Positions 1 through 9,990 of a stretch of 64,000 bases of DNA are shown here, piece after piece (within the stretch, counting starts at the first letter, position 1; every line of letters starts with the position of its first letter). This stretch comes from a bacterium (GTDB lineage Bacteria > Patescibacteriota > Minisyncoccia > UBA6257 > GWB1-50-10). The notes under the pieces are model-generated. The model was given only the letters and a program-made list of their open reading frames with translations. It ran no database searches and was not told where the DNA came from. The stretch lies in contig DAIDAY010000001.1 of NCBI GenBank assembly GCA_027310365.1, positions 4,142 to 68,141 of the forward strand, read 5' to 3'. The translations under genes and the position numbers were made by a program.

Positions 1-362
1 CCCCGGCCAGACAGAAATTCAACGAAGGAAAAATTTTCATACAATCGACGTACAACAACACCATCATGACGGTCACCGACAAATCGGGTAATGTAATCGC
101 TTGGATGTCCGCAGGATCTCTCGGGTTTTCCGGTCCTAAGAAAGCGACGCCGTTCGCTGCTTCGAAGGTCGCGGAAGCGATAGTTCAGAAAATAGAAAAG
201 ACGGGACCCTCGACGGTCGAGATTTGCGTCCGTGGTGTCGGCTCCGGCAGGGATTCGGCGGTGCGGTCGTTTGCTTCCAGAGGATTGAACATCACGGCCA
301 TCAAAGATGTGACGCCGATTCCGCACAACGGCCCTAAACCGCCGAAAACGAGGAGGATTTAA
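1..362 (+). CDS. rpsK: 30S ribosomal protein S11, 5'-partial at window edge
   Basis: Reading the same frame back to base 3 gives ...GKIFIQSTYNNTIMTVTDKSGNVIAWMSAGSLGF..., the conserved S11 core. The ATG at 66 is internal, so the true start lies upstream of the window. Confidence 0.9.
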   Translation, partial: PARQKFNEGKIFIQSTYNNTIMTVTDKSGNVIAWMSAGSLGFSGPKKATPFAASKVAEAIVQKIEKTGPSTVEICVRGVGSGRDSAVRSFASRGLNITAIKDVTPIPHNGPKPPKTRRI

Positions 363-379
363 AAATATTTAAATTCATT

Positions 380-982
380 ATGAAACCCATCAAGGAAAAA
401 AAAGAACGGGCGCTCGGCATGAAGCTTTTCGTCAAAGCGGAACGCTGTAGTTCACCGAAATGCGCGACGATCAGAAAACCGTACCGGCCGGGCATGCACG
501 GACAGAAAAGGAGGAGGGCGATGTCCGACTATGGCCGCCAGCTCCAGGAAAAGCAGAAAGTACAACTTCTCTACGGTTTGAAAAACAATCAGGTGCGGTT
601 GATGTTCAAGAAACATTCATCCTCGGAAATATTCTCGATTTTGGAACGGCGCTTGGACCGGGTGGTGTACTACTTGGGCTTCGCCGGATCGCCCCGCGTC
701 GCGCGCCAGATGATTTCTCATGGGCACATTCTCGTGAACGGCCGGAAGGTGACAATTCCTTCCTACGGTGTTACCATAGGCGATACGATTGCGATACGGC
801 AGGAATCTCGGCAGAGAAAGCTTTTTGAAGGGATCGCGGAGCGGCTGAAGCAAAAAGAAACACCACCGTGGCTCAAGCTGAATCACGAAAAGTTGGAAGG
901 CGAGTGCTTGGCCATCCCCGACGCTACCGGAATCCAATTGCCTTTCGACATCAGCTTAGTCGGGGAATTTTATTCCCGCTAA
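380..982 (+). CDS. rpsD: 30S ribosomal protein S4
   Basis: The N-terminal Cys-rich zinc-ribbon-like region (CSSPKC) and the S4 domain (YGLKNNQVR...RRLDRVVYYLGFA) are both present. Length is 200 aa. Confidence 0.95.
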   Translation: MKPIKEKKERALGMKLFVKAERCSSPKCATIRKPYRPGMHGQKRRRAMSDYGRQLQEKQKVQLLYGLKNNQVRLMFKKHSSSEIFSILERRLDRVVYYLGFAGSPRVARQMISHGHILVNGRKVTIPSYGVTIGDTIAIRQESRQRKLFEGIAERLKQKETPPWLKLNHEKLEGECLAIPDATGIQLPFDISLVGEFYSR

Positions 983-1069
983 AGGAGCTGATGAATCTCG
1001 CGAGAAATCGCGTACGCAAATCAAAGCAAAATACTATGAATAAAGAATCAGTCGAAATGATCGAAAATA

Positions 1070-1864
1070 ATGGACGCAACGCACCGAGTGCGTATGCGTA
1101 CTATTTCTAAGGGGATGAAATATTCTCATCTCAGTGAGACGGTATCGGTGAAGACCGTCTCGGAAAAAGGAAACGTCGGCATGTTCCACATTGAGGGGCT
1201 TTACACCGGTTACGGTACGACGCTCGGGAACGCGTTGCGGAGAGTGCTCCTCTCGTCTTTGCCGGGAGCAGCTATCACGCAAGTGAAGATTAAAAATGTC
1301 GACCACGAATTTTCAACGCTCCCCGGCATGGCCGAGGACATCGTTGAGTTTACGTTGAATCTCAAAAGAGTCAGGTTTTATTTCACGGCCGACGACCCGC
1401 AGACTCTCGCTTTGAAATTCAAAGGCGAGGGTGAAGTGACGGCGGGCGACATCGACGAGAACACGTTCGTGAGGGTTTTGAATAAGGATTTGCGCTTGGC
1501 GACCATGACGAAAAAGGGAGCCGACATGGAGGTGGAATTGGTGGTTGAAAAAGGCTTGGGATACGTCGTCGCCGAATCGAGAAAAATGGAACGGCTGTCG
1601 GTCGGAACAATCGTCCTGGATTCCATCTTTTCGCCGATTGTGCGGGTTTCTTTCGAAGTTGAAAACATGCGTGTGGGCGACCGGACCGACTACAACCGCC
1701 TGAAGCTTGAGATAGAGACGGACGGATCCATCAGCCCGTCGGAAGCGCTGCACAAAGCCGGGAACGTTTTGAAAGATCATTTCGAAAAAGTTTCAGGGGT
1801 TGAAGTGATAGTTGCCGAAGTTCCGGAAGAAAAGGAAACGAAAGCGGCGAAGAAGAAAAAGTAA
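1070..1864 (+). CDS. rpoA: DNA-directed RNA polymerase alpha subunit, N-terminal domain only; alternative start at 1115
   Basis: Alpha-NTD motifs are present (GYGTTLGNALRRVLLSSLPGAAITQVKI...HEFS...ED, and TDYNRLKLEIETDGSISPSEA near the end). The protein stops after a Lys-rich tail with no alpha-CTD. Confidence 0.85.
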   Translation: MDATHRVRMRTISKGMKYSHLSETVSVKTVSEKGNVGMFHIEGLYTGYGTTLGNALRRVLLSSLPGAAITQVKIKNVDHEFSTLPGMAEDIVEFTLNLKRVRFYFTADDPQTLALKFKGEGEVTAGDIDENTFVRVLNKDLRLATMTKKGADMEVELVVEKGLGYVVAESRKMERLSVGTIVLDSIFSPIVRVSFEVENMRVGDRTDYNRLKLEIETDGSISPSEALHKAGNVLKDHFEKVSGVEVIVAEVPEEKETKAAKKKK

Positions 1865-2088
1865 GGGTTCGATACGCAATCTCAAGCCGAAGGCGTAGAA
1901 ATTGCATCTATCAAACCTTACTCCCGCGCTTCATCTTCGCTATACGGGCAATTAATCCCAATGAATATCAATCAGTCGAATACAAAACCAAACACATTAA
2001 ATTCAGCCACTGTAAGTGTGGGGGTGCTCGCTATTGCAGCTAAAACTCCTGCGTTGCGGATGAGCTGGCCATTTTAGGCAATAACGGC

Positions 2089-2439
2089 ATGCGGCATTTG
2101 CACAAAGGAAGAAAATTTGGCTTAAAAACCGGGAGGCGAAAGGCGTTCTTGCGCATTCTGGCGAATAATTTGGTGAGCCACGAACACATCACAACAACCG
2201 AAGCGCGAGCCAAAGAAATCAAATCTCTGGTTGAGCGCTATGTAACTTACGGCAAGCAGCAAAATTTGGCCGGGATGAAGCTTCTCCTCAAGTACTTACC
2301 GAAGAAATCAGCGTACAAGATGTATCATGAAATCGCCCCGCGCTATGCGAAGCGGAACGGCGGGTACCTCCGCGTTTTGAAGGCCATTGCCGCAAGGAAG
2401 AGCGACGGATCGAAAATGGCGAGGATCGAATTTGTATAA
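2089..2439 (+). CDS. rplQ: 50S ribosomal protein L17
   Basis: MRHLHKGRKFGLKTGRRKAFLRILANNLVSHEHITTTEARAKE matches L17. Confidence 0.95.
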   Translation: MRHLHKGRKFGLKTGRRKAFLRILANNLVSHEHITTTEARAKEIKSLVERYVTYGKQQNLAGMKLLLKYLPKKSAYKMYHEIAPRYAKRNGGYLRVLKAIAARKSDGSKMARIEFV

Positions 2440-2443
2440 GGTG

Positions 2444-2785
2444 ATGGAACGTACGATAGACGCAAAAAACAAAAGATTGGGCCGCCTGGCTTCCGAAATC
2501 GCTTTGTTGCTCCAGGGCAAAGACAGCCCGAAGTATAACCCGCGCCTTCAAAGCGACAACAAGGTCATTGTCAAAAACGCTTCCGGCATCATCATGACCG
2601 GCACGAAAGAAAAGACGAAAATTTACTACAAACACACCGGCCCGTTGGGACACTTGAAGGAAAACAAGTATGCTGACGTTTTCAAGAAAAATCCGGGGTG
2701 GGTTTTAAAACATGCCGTACGGCTTATGCTTCCCAAGAACAAACTTGCCGCCAAAAGGTTGAGGAATTTGATTGTTGAAAATTAA
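2444..2785 (+). CDS. rplM: 50S ribosomal protein L13 (start at the internal ATG 2444, after the rplQ stop)
   Basis: MERTIDAKNKRLGRLASEIALLLQGK...HTGPLGHLKE matches L13. The ORF-track start at 2387 overlaps rplQ, so the start at 2444 is preferred. Confidence 0.9.
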   Translation: MERTIDAKNKRLGRLASEIALLLQGKDSPKYNPRLQSDNKVIVKNASGIIMTGTKEKTKIYYKHTGPLGHLKENKYADVFKKNPGWVLKHAVRLMLPKNKLAAKRLRNLIVEN

Positions 2786-3207
2786 TGCCTCCGAAAAAAA
2801 CAACCAGCAAGGAAAAATACACAGAAGCCATCGGCAGGAGAAAAACCGCGACTGCCCGCGTACGCCTGACGCCGAAGAAATCAGCAAAAGAAATTGAAGT
2901 TATCGTAAACGGCAAGGAAATCACGAAATATTTCCCCGTCAAAAAGAACCAAGATACCGTCCACGCGCCCTTCAAAGCGCTCGCGCTCACGGAATATGTC
3001 GGGCATGTCATCGTTTCCGGCGGGGGAATGAATGCGCAGGCGGAAGCGATCCGTTTGGGATTCGCCCGGGCCTTGGTTGCTATCGATCCTTCATGGAGAT
3101 CGGCTTTGAAAACGCTCGGATTTCTCAAGCGGGATCCCCGCATGGTGGAACGCAAGAAATTCGGCTCCCGCAAAGCAAGACGGCCTCAACAGTGGAGGAA
3201 GCGTTAG
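2785..3207 (+). CDS. rpsI: 30S ribosomal protein S9
   Basis: GRRKTATARVRL...VSGGGMNAQAEAIRLGFARAL...RDPRMVERKKFGSRKARR matches S9. Confidence 0.95.
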   Translation: MPPKKTTSKEKYTEAIGRRKTATARVRLTPKKSAKEIEVIVNGKEITKYFPVKKNQDTVHAPFKALALTEYVGHVIVSGGGMNAQAEAIRLGFARALVAIDPSWRSALKTLGFLKRDPRMVERKKFGSRKARRPQQWRKR

Positions 3208-3331
3208 CTTCCGGAACTGCTGTATGATATTGACAGCAATTCCTTCCAGGGTGTATTTATTTTTTGCTTACTTCAAAAGCTTTTTTGTTGCATAATTACT
3301 TCATGCTTCAATTAAGCTATAATAAATTTTC

Positions 3332-3751
3332 ATGAAAGAAAGTACGAGTGCAGGCGGAGTTGTATTGAACAAGAAGGAGCGGGTGCTCATTGTCAATCAG
3401 CGTGGAAGTTTGTGGTCTCTGCCGAAAGGGCATATTGAAAAAGGGGAAGATGCCCTTGCGGCCGCCAAGAGAGAAATCGCGGAAGAGGCCGGTATTACCC
3501 AACTTGAATTCATTAAAGAGTTGGGAAGTTGTCAGCGTTATAAAATCGGATTAGATGGAGACGATGATCGATCAGAACTGAAAAATATCACAATGTTTCT
3601 CTTTACAACATCACAGAGCGCTTTAAAACCCATTGATCTGGAAAATCCGGAGGCTCGATGGGTTGAGAAAAGTGAAGTTGCTGAATTACTTACTCACCCG
3701 AAGGATAAAGAGTTTTTCTTAAGAGTAGTAGACAGGTTCGAATCGGGATAA
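3332..3751 (+). CDS. NUDIX hydrolase
   Basis: Nudix box GHIEKGEDALAAAKREIAEEAGI. Confidence 0.8.
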   Translation: MKESTSAGGVVLNKKERVLIVNQRGSLWSLPKGHIEKGEDALAAAKREIAEEAGITQLEFIKELGSCQRYKIGLDGDDDRSELKNITMFLFTTSQSALKPIDLENPEARWVEKSEVAELLTHPKDKEFFLRVVDRFESG

Positions 3752-3781
3752 CCAAGCGGTCATTTTTGTCATAATAGTCTC

Positions 3782-4300
3782 ATGCCCATCAAAGACGGTT
3801 TCATTCTTAGCGTAGTCGATAAAGACGATAACATTATCAGCCAAGCAACTCGCAAGGAAATCCACGAAAAAGGATTACTTCATTGTGAAATCCATGTTTG
3901 GTTTGTCACTCCTGATGGAAAAATAATTTTCCAGCATAGAGTCAAGGACAAGGATACTTTCCCCGATCTGCTAGATGCGACCGTCGGCGGCCATGTCGAG
4001 ATAGATGATTCTTACAAAAATACCGCTTTGAAGGAGATGAAAGAAGAAGCAGGCATTCGGGGCAACCCCAAAGATTTGCACTTCATCATTAAGTTCGCCA
4101 AACGCTCCGAAGACCCGGTGACAAAAACGATCAACAATACCATCCGGGCGCAATATGCCTATGTATATCGAGGCACGATAAGCGATCTCAAGATCGAAGA
4201 GGGGAAAGGTCTTGGTTTCGAGGCTTGGCTGAAAGCGATAGGAAGAAATTTATCCCTCTTATCTTGGGACCAGATATGCTTGCGCTGTTCCAGAGCATGA
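3782..4300 (+). CDS. NUDIX hydrolase (second copy)
   Basis: Nudix box GGHVEIDDSYKNTALKEMKEEAGI. Confidence 0.75.
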   Translation: MPIKDGFILSVVDKDDNIISQATRKEIHEKGLLHCEIHVWFVTPDGKIIFQHRVKDKDTFPDLLDATVGGHVEIDDSYKNTALKEMKEEAGIRGNPKDLHFIIKFAKRSEDPVTKTINNTIRAQYAYVYRGTISDLKIEEGKGLGFEAWLKAIGRNLSLLSWDQICLRCSRA

Positions 4301-4313
4301 AGAAATTAATAGC

Positions 4314-4874
4314 ATGAAAAAAGTGTTTATTGCCCATGGATTTGAAAGCCGCCCCAACGGCGGATGGCGGCCGTGGCTTATGGGAGAGCTTGAAAAAATT
4401 GATGTCTATGCATGTGCGCTTCCCATGCCAACTCCAGAGAATCCGGTTTGTTCCGAATGGGTGGAAGAAATCTCGAGACAAGTTAAGAGAAACGAAAGTG
4501 ATGAGATTCATTTGGTGGGACATAGCTTAGGTGTCCCAGCCATTCTCCGCTATCTAGAATCTACCCAAACAAGAATAGCGGGGGCAGTTCTCGTCTCTGG
4601 CCCCTGCGAAAAGAACGACAATAGAAAGATAGACAGCTTTCTAGGCAAGCCATTTGATTACGGAAGTATCAAATCAAAAGCCGGTAGATTTGTGATTATT
4701 CAAGGCGATAACGATCCTAACATACCGATGAGTAATGCGGAAACGTTGTCTAAAGAGTTGGATGGAAAACTCATCGTTATTCCAAATGGTGGTCACCTGA
4801 ATGGAGCGAGCGGGTGGTATCAGTTACCGCAATGCCTGAATGCCCTGAAAGAAATGGTGAATTTATACTCATGA
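4314..4874 (+). CDS. alpha/beta serine hydrolase, YdeN/RBBP9-like
   Basis: An HGF motif near the N-terminus, the GHSLG nucleophile elbow and a late GGH motif are present. Length is 186 aa. Confidence 0.6.
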   Translation: MKKVFIAHGFESRPNGGWRPWLMGELEKIDVYACALPMPTPENPVCSEWVEEISRQVKRNESDEIHLVGHSLGVPAILRYLESTQTRIAGAVLVSGPCEKNDNRKIDSFLGKPFDYGSIKSKAGRFVIIQGDNDPNIPMSNAETLSKELDGKLIVIPNGGHLNGASGWYQLPQCLNALKEMVNLYS

Positions 4875-4993
4875 ATTTTTGACGACGCTCGGACAAAACA
4901 ATAGCAAAAGCTTTTGTTTTGCTCCTCGCTTGTCAAAATAAGACTTGTCGGCATCGTCCGGAGACAGCCTGAGTGATGGCGACTGGCGAGCCC

Positions 4994-6388
4994 CTACTTC
5001 TGCGCCAAGCTAACCCCGAAGAGGGAATTGTTCTTGATATAGTAGAGATTTGTGCCGGAAAGAAGCATTTTCGTCACGCCGCGGTCGATGAGGTACTGGT
5101 TTTGTGGCGCTCGCCCGTCCATTTCACTCACGACAAGCGAGCCATTTTCCAAAAGGACGCCGTAGTTTAAAGCGGAAGGAAGCCACAGAAAATCGGAAAC
5201 GGGCTTCGCCGTTTGTATTTTCCACGCAGTTCCTCTTTCCACTTGGTAGTCTCTTTTATAGTCATTGACGGCGAGGACGGACAGCGTACCGTTCTCATCA
5301 GTCAAAGCAAGACGGTCGTTATCGAAAGAAGGATATATTTTACTCACGATTCCGGAAATGGTTTTAATCGGGGTGGACGTGCCACTTGACCGGTCGTATT
5401 CATAAAATTGTCCAGCCAGATCGGTGAGGTAAAGGATGTTTCCGGAATCTCCGGCGATTGCGCTTATGCCGTCATTGAGGCCGGTCTTCATCGTTGCCGT
5501 GGTTCTGAGGATGAGATTGGCTGCGAAGAGAGTGCCATCGTTTTGAGCAACGATAATTTCGTTGCCGTTCTTGTAGGAATATCGGTTGCCGTTCACGGCA
5601 TAGAGTCTTTGGCTTATGCCGGTCGTTTCACTCACGGAATAAAGATATTTTGTGCCGGCTGCGACGAGGGCGTTTTGGTCGAAAGGATGATAAAACCATT
5701 TCTTGATCACGGCGCCCGGAGGAAGCGAAAGCGGCACACTGCTCGTCGGATTTCTCAAATCGATGAAGTAAAAATCAATTCCGTCGGAAATCACGACGCT
5801 GCTTTTATTTTCGTCGTTCAGAGCGACAGAACTTCCTCCTATTTTCTGGTCCCCAAAGAAAAGATTTCCCTTTGTGTCCTTTATCATGAGTCCGTTTCCG
5901 GTAAGCCAGAAATTGGAAACGGAAAGATCTGATATCTTTTTGGCATTCCAGTCGGTCGGCCAGAGACCGATCGCGGAGGCAGCGGTAACGATGCCTGGTC
6001 GCACTTCGAGATTCTTTTCCCACGGCGAAAATCCGGGGTAACTCACCTTGATGTTGTACGAACCGGGGGTGAGATTGCTTATAAACATTCCGCTCGTAAA
6101 GAGGTTGGTAATAATGTTTGCATATTCGTGCGCTTGCCCGTTGATATCAACCTCCGCATCCTTCGGCGAGTAATTGAGGTAAATACCGCCCGTTTTCAGG
6201 AATTGGAATGTACGAAAATCGAAGACAAGTCCTTGAGCAGAGATAATAAGATAAGCGCCCCCGATTACAAAAACCCCGGCAAGCACCCAGAGAAAAAATT
6301 TTCTCGCTTTTACATTCATCCCATGAGAGACCGGAAACATTTCAATCTGTTCTTGGGGTAGCATTTGCCCATGACTGATTTCAATCAA
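4994..6388 (-). CDS. membrane-anchored PEGA-domain protein with C-terminal repeat region (hypothetical). The true start is likely internal at MNVKARKFFLW, about 6319.
   Basis: An N-terminal TM helix is followed by a PEGA-like segment (YLNYSPKDAEVDINGQ...GSYNIKVSYPGFSPWEKNLEVRPG). The rest has beta-rich repeats. Confidence 0.55.
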   Translation of the reverse strand: MIEISHGQMLPQEQIEMFPVSHGMNVKARKFFLWVLAGVFVIGGAYLIISAQGLVFDFRTFQFLKTGGIYLNYSPKDAEVDINGQAHEYANIITNLFTSGMFISNLTPGSYNIKVSYPGFSPWEKNLEVRPGIVTAASAIGLWPTDWNAKKISDLSVSNFWLTGNGLMIKDTKGNLFFGDQKIGGSSVALNDENKSSVVISDGIDFYFIDLRNPTSSVPLSLPPGAVIKKWFYHPFDQNALVAAGTKYLYSVSETTGISQRLYAVNGNRYSYKNGNEIIVAQNDGTLFAANLILRTTATMKTGLNDGISAIAGDSGNILYLTDLAGQFYEYDRSSGTSTPIKTISGIVSKIYPSFDNDRLALTDENGTLSVLAVNDYKRDYQVERGTAWKIQTAKPVSDFLWLPSALNYGVLLENGSLVVSEMDGRAPQNQYLIDRGVTKMLLSGTNLYYIKNNSLFGVSLAQK

Positions 6389-6691
6389 ATACGTCTCTCT
6401 CGACCTTGCGCTTTCTTCATTGAGACGAGCTTCGCGGTAGACCAGTTTCCCGGGAGCATATCCTTCTTAGTCCAGGCTGATTTTCCTTCATCCATTATGC
6501 CGATTAAAACGTTTTCGTAAATCATAGATGCTCTCGATATATCATTTCCCGTTCTTCTGCTCTCGATGGCATGCGCATAAAACATCGCACTGTGTCTCCA
6601 ACAGGATCCGTTCGGGGTAATTATCCACTAAATTCTCCTTTAGAGCAATTGCTTATCCCCTAAGGGTGAGAGATAATATCGACAGAAACAA

Positions 6692-8071
6692 ATGCAAAAT
6701 CCAGCTGGCGAAAAATTCATAGTTCAAGGAGGGAAATCGCTTGAGGGGAAAATACGGCTTTCGGGCGCCAAGAATGCGGCGACAAAGATACTGATCGCTT
6801 CGCTCCTCACGGATAAAGAATGTGTTCTGGAGAATTTCCCGGAGATCGGCGACACGAAGATTGTTTTGGAACTGTGCGGGATGCTGGGAAGCGCGATAGA
6901 GACAGGGGATCATACCGTGAAGATTCGGACGAGGGAAATCACCAATACGAAAATTTCCGGACTCTCAAGGCGGAACCGGATACCGATCCTCGCGTTGGGC
7001 CCGCTCTTATCGAGGGTCGGCACGGGCGAAGTGCCGGTTGTGGGGGGGGATAAAATCGGTCCTCGGCCAGTTGATATGCACATTGAGGGCCTGAAAACGC
7101 TGAGCGCCGAAGTGGAAACCGATGGAAATTCGTATAAAGCCGGAGCTCCTCATGGCCTCAAAGGCGCTGAAATAACGCTGAAATATCCTTCCGTCGGGGC
7201 TACGGAGCAGATTGTCATGGCCGCCGTCCTTGCGCGGGGGAAAACGATCCTTCGCAACGCCGCCGTCGAGCCGGAAATCATGGACCTTATCAAGGTTCTT
7301 CAGAAAATGGGGGCTATCATCGAACTGGGAACGAACCGCGTCGTCTCCGTGTACGGCGTCAAAAAGTTGAGAGGCTTTAGGCACAAGATTCTGTCGGATC
7401 GGAACGAAGCGGTTTCCTTCGCATGCCTTGCCGTTGCAACATCGGGAAAAATTTTTGTCGAAGGGGCTTTGCAGGAACATCTGATAACGTTTCTGAACAA
7501 CCTCCGGAGAATCGGCGGTGAATACGATGTTGCCGAAAACGGCATATCGTTTTGGCGGACGAGGAATCTGAACGGTATTAAGATTGAAACCGATACCCAT
7601 CCGGGGTTCATGACCGACTGGCAGCAGCCTTTCACCGTTCTTCTCACGCAAGCGGATGGATCTTCCGTAGTTCATGAGACGGTTTACGAAGACCGCTTCG
7701 AGTACGCGAAAGACTTGAATTTAATGGGTGCGGATATTACAGTAGTGAATGAATGCCTGGGTGATTTACCCTGCCGCTTCAAAGATTCCCCCTGTCCGCA
7801 TAGCGCGATCATCAAAGGGCCGACGAAGCTGAGGGGGAGAGAAATAATGGTTCCGGACATCCGGGCAGGGATTGCTCATCTTCTTGCAGCCATGGTTGCG
7901 GAAGGGGAATCGACCATCAAGGGTATCGACGAGATTGATCGGGGATACGAAAGGATCGATGAAAGATTGAGAAGTTTGGGAGCAGACATAGAGAGGAAAT
8001 TCTCAGCGCCAGATTCTAAGCCCTCAATAAATGCCAATGTTCAAAATCATGAATTCAGAAATACCTTTTAG
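6692..8071 (+). CDS. murA: UDP-N-acetylglucosamine 1-carboxyvinyltransferase
   Basis: KFIVQGGKSLEGKIRLSGAKNAATKILIASLLT and the EPT fold are present throughout. Confidence 0.9.
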   Translation: MQNPAGEKFIVQGGKSLEGKIRLSGAKNAATKILIASLLTDKECVLENFPEIGDTKIVLELCGMLGSAIETGDHTVKIRTREITNTKISGLSRRNRIPILALGPLLSRVGTGEVPVVGGDKIGPRPVDMHIEGLKTLSAEVETDGNSYKAGAPHGLKGAEITLKYPSVGATEQIVMAAVLARGKTILRNAAVEPEIMDLIKVLQKMGAIIELGTNRVVSVYGVKKLRGFRHKILSDRNEAVSFACLAVATSGKIFVEGALQEHLITFLNNLRRIGGEYDVAENGISFWRTRNLNGIKIETDTHPGFMTDWQQPFTVLLTQADGSSVVHETVYEDRFEYAKDLNLMGADITVVNECLGDLPCRFKDSPCPHSAIIKGPTKLRGREIMVPDIRAGIAHLLAAMVAEGESTIKGIDEIDRGYERIDERLRSLGADIERKFSAPDSKPSINANVQNHEFRNTF

Positions 8072-8138
8072 TCGTTGTGATTTTTTATTTTGATATTATT
8101 GAGGATTTGGATATTGAGATGTAAGGTTTTAACGAAAT

Positions 8139-9146
8139 ATGTTCACGAAAAAAATAGGCATCGATTTGGGAACCACGAATACGCTGGTTTTTTTGCCCAA
8201 GAAAGGAATTGTCATTAATGAACCGACGGTCGTCGCATTGAGCAAACCAAGCAACGCCGTTCTTGCCGTGGGGGCCGAAGCGAAGGAAATGGTCGGCCGC
8301 ACGCCGGACGACATCGTGACGTACCGCCCGCTGAAAGACGGCGTCATCGCCGAATACTACATAACGGAATCCATGCTCAAATACTTCATCACGAAGAGTG
8401 TTGGAGCATTCAATTTTTGGCGGCCGGACGTGGTGGTTTCGGTCCCGGCGGGCATAACTTCGACTGAATACCGGGCTGTCATCAATGCGGCAAAAGAAGC
8501 CGGCGCAAAGGAAACCTACCCCGTGAAAGAGCCCATTCTCGCGGCTTTGGGCGCGGGCATTCCCATCCACTCGGCGGAAGGCAACATGATCGTGAATATC
8601 GGCGGCGGGACGACCGAGGTCGCCGTGATATCCTTGGGCGGTATCGTGACGTGGCACAGTTTGCGGGTCGCGGGCAACAAGTTCGACCAGTCGATCAGCG
8701 ATTACATCAAGAAAAAGTACAATCTTGCGATCGGCGAGACGAGTTCCGAAAACATCAAAATCAATGTCGGAACGGCACTCCCGACGAGAAATAAAATGGA
8801 GATGAAAATCCGGGGAAGAGATCTCGGTTCCGGACTTCCAAAAGATTTGGTCATCAATTCCAACGAAATCGCCGAGGCAATCAATCAACATCTCCTCGAA
8901 ATCATGAGCGTCGTGCAATCCGTCTTCAACGTGACCCCACCGGAGCTTACGGCCGACATCATGGAAAAGGGCATCATTCTTTCGGGGGGAAGCTCCCAAC
9001 TCCGTGATTTGGAAGAGTTCTTCAAGCGTTCCCTCGGCGTTTCGGCATATACCGCCGAAGACCCAATTCTCTGCGTTGCCAAAGGTACGGCGATGGTTTT
9101 GAGTCACTTGGATGTGTACAAGAGAACATTGTTGAACAAACGATGA
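8139..9146 (+). CDS. mreB: rod shape-determining protein MreB (actin homolog)
   Basis: [36 protein letters not shown] and ILSGGSSQL motifs. Confidence 0.9.
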   Translation: MFTKKIGIDLGTTNTLVFLPKKGIVINEPTVVALSKPSNAVLAVGAEAKEMVGRTPDDIVTYRPLKDGVIAEYYITESMLKYFITKSVGAFNFWRPDVVVSVPAGITSTEYRAVINAAKEAGAKETYPVKEPILAALGAGIPIHSAEGNMIVNIGGGTTEVAVISLGGIVTWHSLRVAGNKFDQSISDYIKKKYNLAIGETSSENIKINVGTALPTRNKMEMKIRGRDLGSGLPKDLVINSNEIAEAINQHLLEIMSVVQSVFNVTPPELTADIMEKGIILSGGSSQLRDLEEFFKRSLGVSAYTAEDPILCVAKGTAMVLSHLDVYKRTLLNKR

Positions 9147-9204
9147 GCAATGGCGAGTGAATAAACAGCGCCTCGTTACTGAGACTGATCACTGATTATT
9201 TTTT

Positions 9205-9984
9205 ATGGGTACACTTTTGGGTTACGACGACAAATGCGAACTCTTTGAAAAACTCATCAAGGAAGACAACTTAGCCCACGCCTATCTCTTTTATGGCGAG
9301 CCGGAAACCGGGAAGCATTCTTTTGCGAAATCGATTGCGTATCTCCTCGAAGATCGGAAAAAAGCGGAAGGAGCACCTCTGATCGATGCGGTGTTTGTCG
9401 CCGCCGAAGAAGGTAAAACGCTCGGTATCGAGGATGTCGCGAGAATCCAGAAATTTCTCTCTGAGCGCCCGATGGCCTCGAAGAAACGGATGGTTGTCGT
9501 CGACAATGCCGAGTCGCTGACCCGCGAAGCGCAGGGAGCGCTCCTCAAGATCGTGGAAGAACCGCCGAAAACCTCGCTTATTATATTCGTTTCTTCGGAT
9601 TCAAGGAATATCTTTGAAGCGCTTTTATCGCGCATCGAGAAGATATACTTTCCGACGTTTTCCGAGAAAGAAATCGCGAGCGGCTTGGTGAAACAATTAA
9701 AAATCGAAGAAACGAAAGCGGCGAAAATAGCGAAGATGTCTTTCGGACGTTTCGGCCGGGCCGTCAAAATCGCGCGCGGAAAGAAAGAAAGTGGCGAGGA
9801 AGACGACGTTTTGAAAACGATCAATGATGCGATCCTCGCGCGCTACGAAGCTGGCATCGCGAAGAACACCAGGGTGCTGCGATGGCTTCTCGAGCGGCAG
9901 ATGTTCATCAAGAGATATAAACGGTATAATTTAAACATGAAATTACAAAAGAAAGTCGTCGATGCGGTATTAAAAAGCAAATAA
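9205..9984 (+). CDS. holB: DNA polymerase III delta-prime subunit-like AAA+ protein
   Basis: HAYLFYGEPETGKHSFAKSIAYLL (a degenerate Walker A) and VVDNAESLTREAQGALLKIVEEPP are typical of delta prime. Confidence 0.65.
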   Translation: MGTLLGYDDKCELFEKLIKEDNLAHAYLFYGEPETGKHSFAKSIAYLLEDRKKAEGAPLIDAVFVAAEEGKTLGIEDVARIQKFLSERPMASKKRMVVVDNAESLTREAQGALLKIVEEPPKTSLIIFVSSDSRNIFEALLSRIEKIYFPTFSEKEIASGLVKQLKIEETKAAKIAKMSFGRFGRAVKIARGKKESGEEDDVLKTINDAILARYEAGIAKNTRVLRWLLERQMFIKRYKRYNLNMKLQKKVVDAVLKSK

Positions 9985-9990
9985 AGAAAA

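Noticed and set aside
460-828. 122-aa ORF in an alternative frame
   Set aside because: It lies inside the rpsD coding region in another frame, so it is a shadow ORF.
1865-2088. Possibility that the rpoA-rplQ spacer encodes a detached alpha-CTD
   Set aside because: All three + frames were translated and none resembles the alpha-CTD HhH (..SVRSANCLK..GKKSL..). Stops occur in every frame.
7042-7049. G8 homopolymer inside murA as a phase-variation switch
   Set aside because: The tract encodes the conserved Gly-rich segment VVGGDK of an essential enzyme, so contingency switching is implausible.
8085-9107. 340-aa minus-strand ORF
   Set aside because: It is antisense to mreB. The product is an Arg/His/Asp-rich shadow ORF.
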